A DNA stretch of 64,000 nt from positions 38,564,001 to 38,628,000 of the forward strand of contig NC_043013.1 in the NCBI RefSeq assembly GCF_006345805.1, given 5' to 3'. The notes below the pieces were generated by a model, which had not been told where the DNA came from, made no database searches, and saw only the letters and a program-made list of their open reading frames with translations. The DNA is from Octopus sinensis. Lineage: Eukaryota. Below are positions 16,388 through 28,635 of the stretch, piece after piece. The position numbers were made by a program, and so were the translations under genes. Within the stretch, counting starts at the first letter, position 1. Each line of letters opens with the position of its first letter.

Positions 16388-16986
16388 TGTGTGGCGTACA
16401 CGCATATGTGCACGTGTGCGATTATATATATACACTCATGCATATTTATACATGCACACATACAGACACACAAGGATATATACACATACGCATGAATAAA
16501 AACATATATATATATATATGAATACATATGTAAAAATGTATATAGATATATATACCTACATATATATATACGTAGGTATTTATATATATATATTTAACTA
16601 TATATTTCTCATATATGTACATATACATATATATATTATATATATATGTATATATATATATACATGCCTACATACATACAAGCGCGCACACAGATAGATC
16701 ATACACACATATGTGTGCATGTAGTAATAATATTTGTCATTAACACATGATTTCTTCTCATCGGCTTCATTAACAATGCATTGCCAGTATGACTTGATGT
16801 TCCACCGATACACGTTATTGAAATCCATATTCTAGATATGATTACCATTGCCATACAAAAACATTGTACGCTGTACGCACACGAACGCTTGTAGATAACA
16901 ACCCAAATAAAACAATGATATTAACAATGAAACATATGACACACACATACCTATATCCATATACTCGTACGGATATTAGGCCATAT

Positions 16987-17017
<31 letters not shown>

Positions 17018-17058
17018 TACACATAGAAACACTCGAACACATATATATACATATAATG

Positions 17059-17206
17059 GCCTGACAGTGTGGCAAGTAGCTTTCTTACTAACCGCATGCT
17101 TCCAAGTTCAGTACCTTGCGTGGTATCTTGGCCAAGTGCCTTCTACTATAGCCTCGGGACAACCAAAGCCCTGTGAGTGTATTTGTTAAACGGAAACTGA
17201 AAGACA
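17059..17206 (+). mobile_element. SINE family A, 5' half
   Basis: Similarity to the head and core of family A, ending at cggaaactgaaaga. Confidence 0.7.
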
Positions 17207-17251
17207 GTGTTGAAGCTATCAGAGGTAGCTAGTAGTTCATCCTTTAGCGCG

Positions 17252-17414
<163 letters not shown>

Positions 17415-17467
17415 ATATCTATCTATCTATCCAACTATATACACACACACACACACAAATATATGTA

Positions 17468-18023
17468 TACAGACATGCAGGAAGTAAATCGACACAATAA
17501 GCGTCTAAATATATTTTCAGCGGTTTAGATTTTACAATGTTATTATTCTTTCTCATTCCAGGTGCCATTATATTAAACATTTGCGAAGAGTAACAATGCC
17601 ACGCACAAAAAATTCAACAGAACTGTCAGTTTTTCAAAGAGGTCGTATGGTTAGACAATCTGAAGCTGTACTTAGCCAGCGGAAAATTACCGAAAGTCTT
17701 CGAATTCCTCTTGCTACCGTTAATAGAATTATAGTGCAATTCAAAAGCCAAGGAAAAGAATCAACAGATTCTCGTCCCGGCCGACCTGGGCCCTCGGAAA
17801 TGTAACTTTGCTGTTTGAAGAGAATTGTGGAAAACGAACCCCGCTCAAGGCTTCTGGCATTGCAAAACAGCTAGAAGTTAGTACAAGAACGTGTGTTGCA
17901 TATCTGCATAAGCTTGGGTTATTATGGACGAGCAGCGAGAAGAAAACCTCTCCTTCAACCAATTAATATCAAATAAAATAGTTTGAAAATTAAAGTTGTC
18001 TATTTACTTCCTGCATGTCTGTG
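17468..18023 (+). mobile_element. Internally deleted Tc1-like DNA transposon retaining both TIRs and the N-terminal DNA-binding region
   Basis: TIRs cagacatgcaggaagtaaat(c/a)gaca at 17470-17494 and 17997-18021, in TA context. [22 protein letters not shown]...[27 protein letters not shown]...SRPGRP, then degenerate LHKLGYYGRAARRKPLL, typical of Tc1 transposase. No DDE domain is present. Confidence 0.8.
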
Positions 18024-18201
18024 TATAATATATATATATATGTGTATGTGTGTGTATATTATGCAAAATATGTTTCTGCAGATGTATTAATACTCTCGCA
18101 AACTTACATGCTACACGACTCATGTGTGTGTGTGTGTGTTTGTGTGTGTGTTTGTGTGTCTGTGATTGTGTGTTAGTGTGTTTCTGTTTTAAGTGCATAT
18201 G

Positions 18202-18256
<55 letters not shown>

Positions 18257-18986
18257 CTTCCATATCGTAGCATTATACATGTACTTACTAAATCTCAAAC
18301 AAACGGTATATTTTGCATTAAAATTTTGTAATTGTAATGTTGTAATAAATCGTACCCTCTCTAGTTTATGAATCTCCTTTTAATGGTTATCGAACTCTTA
18401 TCACTTCTACGTTAGCACTGTTTCATTTACATTGGTGCTCAACGAAATGCAGAGGTTATCACCGCCGCAGTCTTTAGATTTCAACAAATACTTTTATTTA
18501 CATATTTCCCAATAGATTTGTACATAGATACTTTCGTTTGTTTGTGTCTTTAAAATTGTATAAAAGATTATTACAAATTTGATTTCTGTTGCTATCAATG
18601 CTCTCCTGTCTAGCCGGAGATAATTATAGCCAGCTCGATACGCCTGTAATTGTACAAAGTTTTTTAAAAGAAATATCATATTGTTATTCGTACGATACGT
18701 TAGTATACTTGTTCCATACATACACTCACACAGACACATATTCACACACACATACTCAGATTTGAGTATAAGCAAAAGTTATAATTTCGTTTGCTTGTAT
18801 GTATGTATCCAGTAATTAGCATTTTATCTAGCAGCCAATATACATATGTTTAATGTATGTTCTATTTTTTAGGCGTTAATTTAAAATAAACTTGTTAACA
18901 TTTCTCTCCTGTAATGTTTGTTTTGCACATACACAATCCCACACACATACACACACACACTCACGCGCTCCCACACAAGCACGATG

Positions 18987-19017
<31 letters not shown>

Positions 19018-19106
19018 ATTAAAATGTGATGTAATGATTATTTATGAATATATCAATGACCAATAGTCTTTTATATATATATATGTATATTGCTTTTAAC
19101 TTTTAT

Positions 19107-19300
19107 TTCTTTCAATCATTAGATTGCGGCCATTGTGGGGCACCAAATTGAAGAACTTTTAGTCAAATGAATGAATCGATCTGCGTACTTGTTTGAAGCC
19201 TGGTATTTTTTCTATGGGTCTCTGTTGCCGAACAACAAAGATACACTTACGTATACACACCAACACCCGTTATTAAGCGGTGCTGGGGGACACGCAGAGA
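19107..19300 (-). mobile_element. SINE family A, degenerate 3' half
   Basis: Similarity to the reverse complement of the family A 3' half (tcaatcattagattgcggccat..., ctctgttgccgaac...). Confidence 0.55.
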
Positions 19301-19527
19301 CAGAAATTCAGACATATCTATCTATCTATCTATAAATCAATCTTTCTATCTATCTATCTATCTATCTATATCTATATATATATATATGTATATGTATATA
19401 TATAAATATTGTTATATTTCGGAATGGTCATATTGCCAGTTTAGCCAATAAAAACACACGCACTATATATTTGGTGTTATTTTGCTTCAGTGATATTTAT
19501 TTTTTACATTAATCTTAATCTTATTTC

Positions 19528-19572
19528 GGCCAAAGTTCTTTCGTCACACTCCTGTGACCGCATCAGTGGTCC
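19528..19572 (-). ncRNA. Second copy of the hammerhead-like motif in the inverted PLE arm
   Basis: Exact reverse complement of 24675-24719. Confidence 0.6.
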
Positions 19573-20081
19573 TTTGTTTTCTTCTCACTTACTTGTGTCT
19601 CTCCTTACTAACCGTCAGCCATTTTATATTTCTATTGTACGTCTTCATTTGCGCATGTTTATATCTCTATGTGCGTCTATGTTTATTTAGTGTGTGTGGG
19701 GGGGGGATGCCTGTAATATTTGTATCTTCTGGTTATATACATTCTTGTAATTTGTATTTTGTTTTTGTTGTTGTTGCTTTTGTTCTAATTTTGTTCATAT
19801 GTTTACATCCACCCATTATTATCATTACATATGCTTGTATGTATGTATAACAACAATATTAGTAATAATAATAATAAATCTAATGGAAAAAAAAAGGAAT
19901 ATACATATACATATATATACATACATACACATACATATACATATATATATATATATACATATACACACACATATATACACATATACATATACATATATAT
20001 ACACATATACATATATATAGATATTCATTTCTATTTCTTTAATTACCTGTGTATTTATTATGTTTGCAGGATCCACTATTG

Positions 20082-21386
20082 TCATATGTTGTGGTGTGCG
20101 CTATTGCTCCATTCTAGTTTTCTATTCAGGCTAGGTTTATTTTCTATTATATGTGTAGCTTCTGTAATTTGTCTAATTGTTGCATCTGTTCTATGTGTGG
20201 ACAATATCTTAATCTCTATGTTATTGATTGATCCCCCGTGTTCTTGTTCGGCGTGTTGGTACAGAATCGATGAGCTTTTACCTTCCTTGAGTTGTCTCCA
20301 ATGTTCATTCACCCGCTCACCAATGCTTCTTGCAGTTTCCCCTACGTATGTTACTGTCTTGTTACTGCATCGTCCCTCTATACATCTTATACTATAGACC
20401 ACATTTCTGGCTTTACAGTTCGTTGTGGGCTAAATCTACATACAGTGCAATAGTTATCCGTACAGAGAGTTCTACTAAAAGGATAGCTTCTACCAATTAT
20501 AGATCTGATAGGGTTGCCTGGCTTTTCAACAACCTTAATTCTTAGTTTAAGTTATCTAGGGTCCTTCTAAAGCGGTACGCTAGTTCACCTCCAGGGGTGG
20601 TGTCAACGAACATGACACTCTGGTATTTATGGCTATCATACCAAGAGTTGGCCTTCCCTATTTTCTTTTTTGTCCTTTCTATAGTGTTCCATGACTTGTT
20701 CCTATAGAGTGGGCAAATCCCATTCCTATCATTACATAATATATTATCAAATTTCTTCATGGCTCCTTTGTATACTCTGATCCTTTCTTTATGGCTGTAA
20801 CCTGAGAACTGCATGCGGTGAATGAAGTACTGTATGTGTCTCTTTAATTCTGTAGGCTCGCACATGCGTGACACATTTCTCATTATTCTGACGAGGTCTG
20901 CCATCAAAATATTGAATTTGGCATTGCCCGCAATGGCTGAGTTCCGGTGGATCAGGTATTTTGAGGCCATAGGTTTTGCATAGTATGAATGAAGGATTTG
21001 GGTTTTATTTTTCACAATTTCTAGCCAGAGTTCAGTGTCTAGTACTGGTAGTCTATGGTTGGGGTGTTTAGTGGGGTAGTCTATTGTGACCTTAATACTC
21101 TGGTGGATGGAGTTAGCTATTGCTGGATGCTCTCCATAGTATTAGTTTCTATTACTATATCAACAGTACTCTCTTGTGGGGGTGCCTTTACTACTATATT
21201 GATATCATCAACATAGCGAGAGTACATGTTTACGAGTATGGATTTCTGCAGTAGCATTCTTTAAGCCTTCTGTCCCACCATACCATGAAGAGGTTGGCCA
21301 CATCACCAGCGATACTAACACCGATGGCTACCCCCTCGTCCTGGGCATATATTTTATTATTAAATTTAAATGTGTGGCCTTTTAGG
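20082..21386 (-). pseudogene. Inverted duplicate of the C-terminal half of the PLE ORF (RT C-terminal part + GIY-YIG)
   Basis: ORFs 20542-21015 and 20082-20402 match segments of ORF 22949-24172; they are broken by 1-bp indels. Confidence 0.9.
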
Positions 21387-24172
21387 ACAGGGAGTCAGCG
21401 GACTTGAAACAGATAACAATACTCATAGGAACAAAAATAACGACCGCAACAGGGGGATTGACAGGGACCAACAGACAGGCATAAAACCCAACACTAATAT
21501 AAACAACACATATACCAGAAACAGGAACAATGAATATATCACTAGCGATGATAGTAATAATGGCAATGGTAGGAATAAAGGTAATAACAATAATAGTGGT
21601 AGTAGTAGTGGTGATGGTAACAGTAGAAGTAGTAATGAGGATAGTAGTGATAGTTGTGGTGGTAATAGGAATACTAGTAGTAGTAGTAGTGGTAATGGTG
21701 ATAATAATAATAGGAAGGCTGATGTTGGAAACAGTAACGATAATGAAGATAACCCTAGAGAGACCATTGACATGTATACCCATCCCTTTGACACTCAATT
21801 CTTCAACGTATGCGACAAAACTTACTGCATGAACCGAATTTATCCAACAACATTACCCTTCAACAAAAGAGTATACATCCCAAGACGTACTAATGACCAT
21901 ATGGAAGCACAGTTCACTATAGCTAGGACCAAACTTAGACAGATTTTAGGATTATACATTAAGAGACAGAGACAGAATAAGACAGATGCCCAACAACTAG
22001 GATTAAACCTGCATGTGGCCTACAGAAGCTCATTCAGCGCACGAGGAACGGAGAGGTGATATGCCTTCCCACGGATAAGTCCGGCAGGATGTCAATAGAC
22101 AGCTTACCGAACTACATCCAGGCAATGCAACCTCATATCGCTAATACAAAAGTAACAACTGTACAGGCGCATGAGGAGAGAGAAAAGGTCCTCAATGCCC
22201 ACATGATGATGTGGACAATTGTTCTGGGACCTCAGAAACGTACTGCAAAGAATTTCCAAGCCTGGAACAATGATATCCCGGCACTGTATGGACTTCGCAA
22301 GGACCATAAAGGTTTTACTGACCCTATAGCAGGACCACCAACAAGACCAGTCTGTGGAGCGAATATCGCTAGCAATTACAGAATCTCCTACTTCCTCTCA
22401 ATGATCATACGCCCTATAATCAGGATGTCACCTGATGTGTGTGACAGCACAGAAGATCTCCTAAGCAGGATCAGTGACTGTAACAAAACTTGTGACTTGA
22501 CAGGATGTATAGTAGGTAGCATGGATGTGGTATCCCTATACCCATCGATTGACGTAGATTTTGCAGTGGAGAAGTGCGTGGAGATGATCAACGAGAGCCA
22601 GGTGGAGTTCTGTAATGTCGACACAGAAGAACTGGGCCTCCTACTTAGACTGACATATAATAGTGAATACTTAGATAAACATAATCTTAGTAGTTTCTGC
22701 CCCAGTAGATGTTTAAGAGGTAGACCGCCTACAATTACTTCTATGGCTAGGAAGACACATATAGAAAGATGGCGCGGATGGACCAGAGCCATACGGAGCC
22801 CCGCAAATGTCCATCAGGTAAAGAAAATGATCGCACAAGCACTAGGAGCTAGTATAAGAGTTACCCTAAAAGGCCACACATTTAAATTTAATAATAAATA
22901 TATGCCCAGGACGAGGGGGCAGCCATCGGTGTTAGTATCGCTGGTGATGTGGCCAACCTCTTCATGGTATGGTGGGACAGAAGGCTTAAAGAATGCCTAC
23001 TGCAGAAATCCATACTCGTAAACATGTACTCTCGCTATGTTGATGATATCAATATAGTAGTAAAGGCACCCCCACAAGAGAGTACTGTTGATATAGTAAT
23101 AGAAACTAATACTATGGAGAGCATCCAGCAAATAGCTAACTCCATCCACCAGAGTATTAAGGTCACAATAGACTACCCCACTAAACACCCCAACCATAGA
23201 CTACCAGTACTAGACACTGAACTCTGGCTAGAAATTGTGAAAAATAAAACCCAAATCCTTCATTCATACTATGCAAAACCTATGGCCTCAAAATACCTGA
23301 TCCACCGGAACTCAGCCATTGCGGGCAATGCCAAATTCAATATTTTGATGGCAGACCTCGTCAGAATAATGAGAAATGTGTCACGCATGTGCGAGCCTAC
23401 AGAATTAAAGAGACACATACAGTACTTCATTCACCGCATGCAGTTCTCAGGTTACAGCCATAAAGAAAGGATCAGAGTATACAAAGGAGCCATGAAGAAA
23501 TTTGATAATATATTATGTAATGATAGGAATGGGATTTGCCCACTCTATAGGAACAAGTCATGGAACACTATAGAAAGGACAAAAAAGAAAATAGGGAAGG
23601 CCAACTCTTGGTATGATAGCCATAAATACCAGAGTGTCATGTTCGTTGACACCACCCCTGGAGGTGAACTAGCGTACCGCTTTAGAAGGACCCTAGATAA
23701 ACTTAAACTAAGAATTAAGGTTGTTGAAAAGCCAGGCAACCCTATCAGATCTATAATTGGTAGAAGCTATCCTTTTAGTAGAACTCTCTGTACGGATAAC
23801 TATTGCACTGTATGTAGATTTAGCCCACAAACGAACTGTAAAGCCAGAAATGTGGTCTATAGTATAAGATGTATAGAGGGACGATGCAGTAACAAGACAG
23901 TAACATACGTAGGGGAAACTGCAAGAAGCATTGGTGAGCGGGTGAATGAACATTGGAGACAACTCAAGGAAGGTAAAAGCTCATCGATTCTGTACCAACA
24001 CGCCGAACAAGAACACGGGGGATCAATCAATAACATAGAGATTAAGATATTGTCCACACATAGAACAGATGCAACAATTAGACAAATTACAGAAGCTACA
24101 CATATAATAGAAAATAAACCTAGCCTGAATAGAAAACTAGAATGGAGCAATAGCGCACACCACAACATATGA
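21387..24172 (+). pseudogene. PLE reverse transcriptase + GIY-YIG endonuclease polyprotein, 5'-truncated, two frameshifts as assembled (~21960-22020 and ~22897)
   Basis: Motifs GLQKLIQRTRNGEVICLPTDKSG, ALYGLRKDHK, PTRPVC, GSMDVVSLYPSID, (Q)DEGxAIG...ANLFM, SRYVDDI (YVDD 23036-23047), LPVLDTELW, YAKPMAS. The endonuclease reads VVYSIRC...C...YVGETARSIGERVNEH...LYQH...EH...EA...KPSLNRKLEW. These are diagnostic of PLE RT/GIY-YIG proteins. Confidence 0.9.
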
Positions 24173-24674
24173 CAATAGTGGATCCTGCAAACATAATAAA
24201 TACACAGGTAATTAAAGAAATAGAAATGAATATCTATATATATGTATATGTATATATATGTATATGTATATGTGTATATATGTGTGTGTATATGTATATA
24301 TATATATATGTATATGTATGTGTATGTATGTATATATATGTATATGTATATTCCTTTTTTTTCCATTAGATTTATTATTATTATTACTAATATTGTTGTT
24401 ATACATACATACAAGCATATGTAATGATAATAATGGGTGGATGTAAACACATGAACAAAATTAGAACAAAAGCAACAACAACAAAAACAAAATACAAATT
24501 ACAAGAATGTATATAACCAGAAGATACAAATATTACAGGCATCCCCCCCACACACACTAAATAAACATAGACGCACATAGAGATATAAACATGCGCAAAT
24601 GAAGACGTACAATAGAAATATAAAATGGCTGACGGTTAGTAAGGAGAGACACAAGTAAGTGAGAAGAAAACAAA

Positions 24675-24719
24675 GGACCACTGATGCGGTCACAGGAGTG
24701 TGACGAAAGAACTTTGGCC
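24675..24719 (+). ncRNA. Type I hammerhead-ribozyme-like motif in the PLE 3' pLTR (core variant CUGAUGCG)
   Basis: GG(A)CCA-CTGATGCG-GTCACA(GGAG)TGTGAC-GAAA-G(AA)C-TT-TGGCC. Has a 6-bp stem II, stem I CCA/TGG plus GG/CC around a bulged A, a 2-bp stem III and a putative CUU cleavage triplet. Confidence 0.6.
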
Positions 24720-24922
24720 GAAATAAGATTAAGATTAATGTAAAAAATAAATATCACTGAAGCAAAATAACACCAAATATATAGTGCGTGTGTTTTTATT
24801 GGCTAAACTGGCAATATGACCATTCCGAAATATAACAATATCTGTTTCAACACACGACTTCACATAAAAAATCTTGCACAACAAATATATATATAATATA
24901 TATATATATATGGATGGATATA

Positions 24923-25035
<113 letters not shown>

Positions 25036-25062
25036 ATATATATATTATATATATGTATATAT

Positions 25063-25093
<31 letters not shown>

Positions 25094-25105
25094 GTATGGA
25101 TATAT

Positions 25106-25142
<37 letters not shown>

Positions 25143-25183
25143 GTAAGAAACAGAAACTCCAACGAAGTTATACCATTTATACA

Positions 25184-25709
25184 GAAAGATATTATCTGTA
25201 ATAAAATATAGGTTTAAAGATATTAATATTGTACTAAAAATTACTATACTGATTAACACATATTAAAACGACTATGCGCGTTTTGTAACGATATATCTCA
25301 ATCGACTATATCAAAAACGATAACCTCCCCTACATTGGAATTCATATAAATAGAGGACATAATTTATTCAGTAGCCACGTTTAATTTGTGGAGTTAACTG
25401 GTACTCATCAGTAAGATATTTTATGATTCTACTGTTAAAATTATCGATTATTTCTAAATTTATAGTTTAATTATAATGTCTATTTATGTTGTAAACTTAT
25501 TTTATGTTATTTAGACATGAAGAGTGGCTATGTATCGTTGGATCGAATTAACATTAATTTTTGAGATTATCTGTTTTGATATAGTCGATTCAAATATATC
25601 GTCACGAAACCCGCGTAGTCATTTTAATGTATATTATCTAGTATAGTACGTTTTAGTACGTTAGTAATAATATCTTTAGATTTATGTTTTATTATAGATA
25701 ATACCTTTC
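25184..25709. mobile_element. MITE/foldback element with ~145-bp imperfect terminal inverted repeats
   Basis: 25184-25327 (gaaagatattatctgtaataaaa...taaaacgactatgcgcgttttgtaacgatatatctcaatcgactatatcaaaa) pairs with 25562-25709 (ttttgatatagtcgattcaaatatatcgtcacgaaacccgcgtagtcattttaa...ttttattatagataatacctttc). Confidence 0.75.
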
Positions 25710-26029
25710 ACTATTAATTGAATTATCTATCAAACTATCTATCTATCTATCTATCTATCTATCAATCTATATATATATACATATAAATATACTTATACAT
25801 GTACATATATAATTACACACACATATATGGTTGGGTACCAAGCTTCTTACCACACAGCCACGTCTGTGCCTAAGTACACACACACATTGACACACACACA
25901 TTGACACACACACATTGACACACACACACGTATGCACACACAAGCACACACACATGTGTATATACGACATATTGACATTCTATATTTTGAGTTAGCTCCA
26001 CTTATATATATATATACACACACACATTT

Positions 26030-26885
26030 TGTGATGGGTAAATTGTCTCCATTTTATACTTTTAATTTCACCCACGTGCATTGCTCGTTTTTGATTTTGT
26101 GGACTACACAATACATTTTGACACCGTATGTGGAAACAACAGCATTATGATGCAATTCTCTCTGCCAGTATTTGGAAATTATATACTGCTTGGCACTCGC
26201 GCCGGAAGCTTCAATTGTAACTTGCCATAGTTTTTCTGTGTCAATATGAGAACAGTGCAATCTGAGGACATGTACCAAGTTTGATAGCAATCAAACATCC
26301 AGTCAATATCATGGTGTTTGGACTGTAGTGATGGTGGCGTTACGCCTCCATTCATCTCTTCACACAGGGCTTCAGGCTCAATGCGCAGGCCTACATGAAA
26401 TCCCTGGATGAGGTAGTGCTGCTCTGAGTAAAGAGGGTGTCTGCTGATAGACCCTGTGTCTGGCAACAGGAATCTGCACCATGCAACACAATCAGGAGAA
26501 CTTATCAGACAATTTCTGTGACCACATCACCCATAACATCTGGCCCCCTACCTCCCCAGATTGCAACCCACTTGAATATTATGTGTGGGTCGCTGTTGAG
26601 CGAGAAACCAACAAAACTCTTTATAACACCTAAGATGGACTTAAGCAACGATTATGGCAGTATTCACCAACTTAAGCAAGGATACTGTCCAGAAGAATTT
26701 CAGGAGATTCCGAAGTCGTCTGGAGGCCGTGGTTGATGGCAATGTCAATTTTATAGAATTAATTTACTCTTTAGTATTTCAAGATATTCTTATAAAATTT
26801 TAATAAATACATTTGTTAAAATGAGGCATCCGTGTTATTTTCATTTTTGCGTAATTTAGACACTTTATTCACTGCTCACTCTATG
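26030..26885 (+). mobile_element. Degenerate Tc1/mariner-superfamily transposon, maT/DD37D-like catalytic region
   Basis: Frameshifted translation HPVNIMVFG...PPFI...RLNAQAYMKSLDEVVL..VKRVSADRPCVWQQESAPC...NIWPPTSPDCNPLEYYVWVAVERETNK. The left boundary is uncertain. Confidence 0.7.
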
Positions 26886-27497
26886 TATATATACACATAC
26901 GTAAATACACTCACACACATATATATACACACACACATACAGACATATATACGTTCATGTGTGTAGGTATATCTATTTATTTGTGTACACACACATACAC
27001 ACACACGCACACACATGCACGCACACACACATATATATATATAGTATTCACTGATAGCTTGTTGATTCAGTATATTTCTTACACGGTATATTTTCAGCTC
27101 ATCCATATATCACCAATATGGGAGCCGATTACATATATTATTATTAAATGAATCGAGATTTATATCGTCTGAACTAATGCACCGTATCGAAGAAACTTTA
27201 AAGCTTTTAGGGCGAAAATATCGTACGTGGGATTGTCTTAACCATATATATGCCATACCTACTTTCACTTGAAAGTGAACCATGTAACTTTGACTTTTAT
27301 AAATACTTCATCACCATGCAGTGATTTCAGATTGTTCAGATGGAAATTATTGAGTTCCAACTATACTAAGATAACGAAACTTTCGCTCAATCTGTGTCTC
27401 TCCACTTCTGCTGATACTATAAGCGGCAGATTCATGGCACAATTGATATTTACCTACGCTTAACATAATGTCATTTAGCGAGAAATACCTTATATCA

Positions 27498-27808
27498 TGC
27501 GGAGGCACATGGTCTACTGGTTAGAGCAGCGGACTCGCGGTCGAGGGATCTCGGGTTCGAATCTCAGACCGGGCGATGTGTGTGTTTATGAGCGAAACAC
27601 CTTAGCTCCTCGCGGCTCCGGCAGAAGGTAATGGCGAACTTCTGCTAACTCTTTCGCCACAACTTTCTCTCACTCTTTCCTCCTGCATCTTGCAGCTCAC
27701 CTGCGACGGACTGGTGTCTCGTCCAGGTGGGGAACCTATACGCCAAGGAAACCGGGAAACCGGCCCTATACTTCAGGTATGGCTTAAGAAGGAACAAACA
27801 ACAACAAC
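27498..27808 (+). mobile_element. tRNA-derived SINE, family C
   Basis: tRNA-like head (tggtctactggttagagc; ggttcgaatc) and (CAA)n tail. An inverted copy lies at 41801-42091. Confidence 0.85.
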
Positions 27809-28402
27809 CTTATATCATACACGTAATCATAGACACTACAGAGAACGTCGAATTTCAACTGTCAGTTTATAAAACGCTTGTCCCGGAAAACGAAGAGTCT
27901 CTTCTACATAAGCTCTCTATTTCCTAACGATAGCGTCTATATATCACTTAACGCAAACAAGCAGACTTTGAATACGGAAAGGACAAAATGTGCAAGGCTT
28001 TTGATAATATTATTGCTTTATCAAATTTCACGTGGACCTAAGCCCCCAATAAGAATGAGAACAAGACTTGTACAACTATTTATTTGCTATCCACAATTTC
28101 CACACATTGCTTAATGTGATCGCACTTGCGATACTAAGTAGAGCAGTGCAATCGTACTAGTCCTATAAGGCTTGTACCGTTGCTTTACCTTACATCTACT
28201 ATCAGTACAGTAATTTCATTCTTCATATCCTATTAAAGAGTTAATTTATCCTACATGTACTATCTCATATACTAATGAGATTGAAGAGATTGTGCATTGC
28301 TTTATTTCAGTAGAGTGACTCGGATTTAATTGATATGTAAGCAGTGCGTGGTTCGTGTACGACAGACATTTGTGAATCTGATAATGGTACTTCATATCTT
28401 AC

Positions 28403-28635
28403 AATGTGGCGAGCTGACAGAAACGTCAGCACACCGGGAGAAATGCTTAGTGATATTTCGTCTGCCGCTACGTTCTGAGTTCAAATTCCGCCGATGTCGA
28501 CTTTGCCTTTCATCCTTTCGGGGTCGATTAAATAAGTAACAGTTACGTACTGGCGTCGATATAATCGACTTAATCCGTTTGTCTGCCCTTGTTTGTCCTC
28601 TCTGTGTTTAGCCCCTTGTGGGTAGTAAAGAAATA
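28403..28635 (+). mobile_element. SINE family B with 17-bp target-site duplication
   Basis: ggtacttcatatcttac at 28386-28402 and 28636-28652. Confidence 0.88.

Larger units (their letters stand above)
19406..24885 (+). mobile_element. Penelope-like retroelement with ~2 kb inverted arms, inserted in (TA)n
   Basis: 19406-21386 is the near-identical reverse complement of 22865-24841. The unique spacer is 21387-22864, and a ~43-nt tail (24842-24885) is present on the right arm only. Encodes RT and GIY-YIG. (TA)n flanks both sides. Confidence 0.93.

Noticed and set aside
21370-21386. Apparent start of the 229-aa ORF as the PLE initiation codon
   Set aside because: These bases belong to the inverted arm. 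The ORF start is a chimera across the inversion junction, and the true N-terminus is missing.
27498-27575. tRNA-like sequences (also 7945, 10288, 30676, 42010-42091)
   Set aside because: They are SINE heads. Each continues into repeated SINE bodies and lacks a proper acceptor stem.
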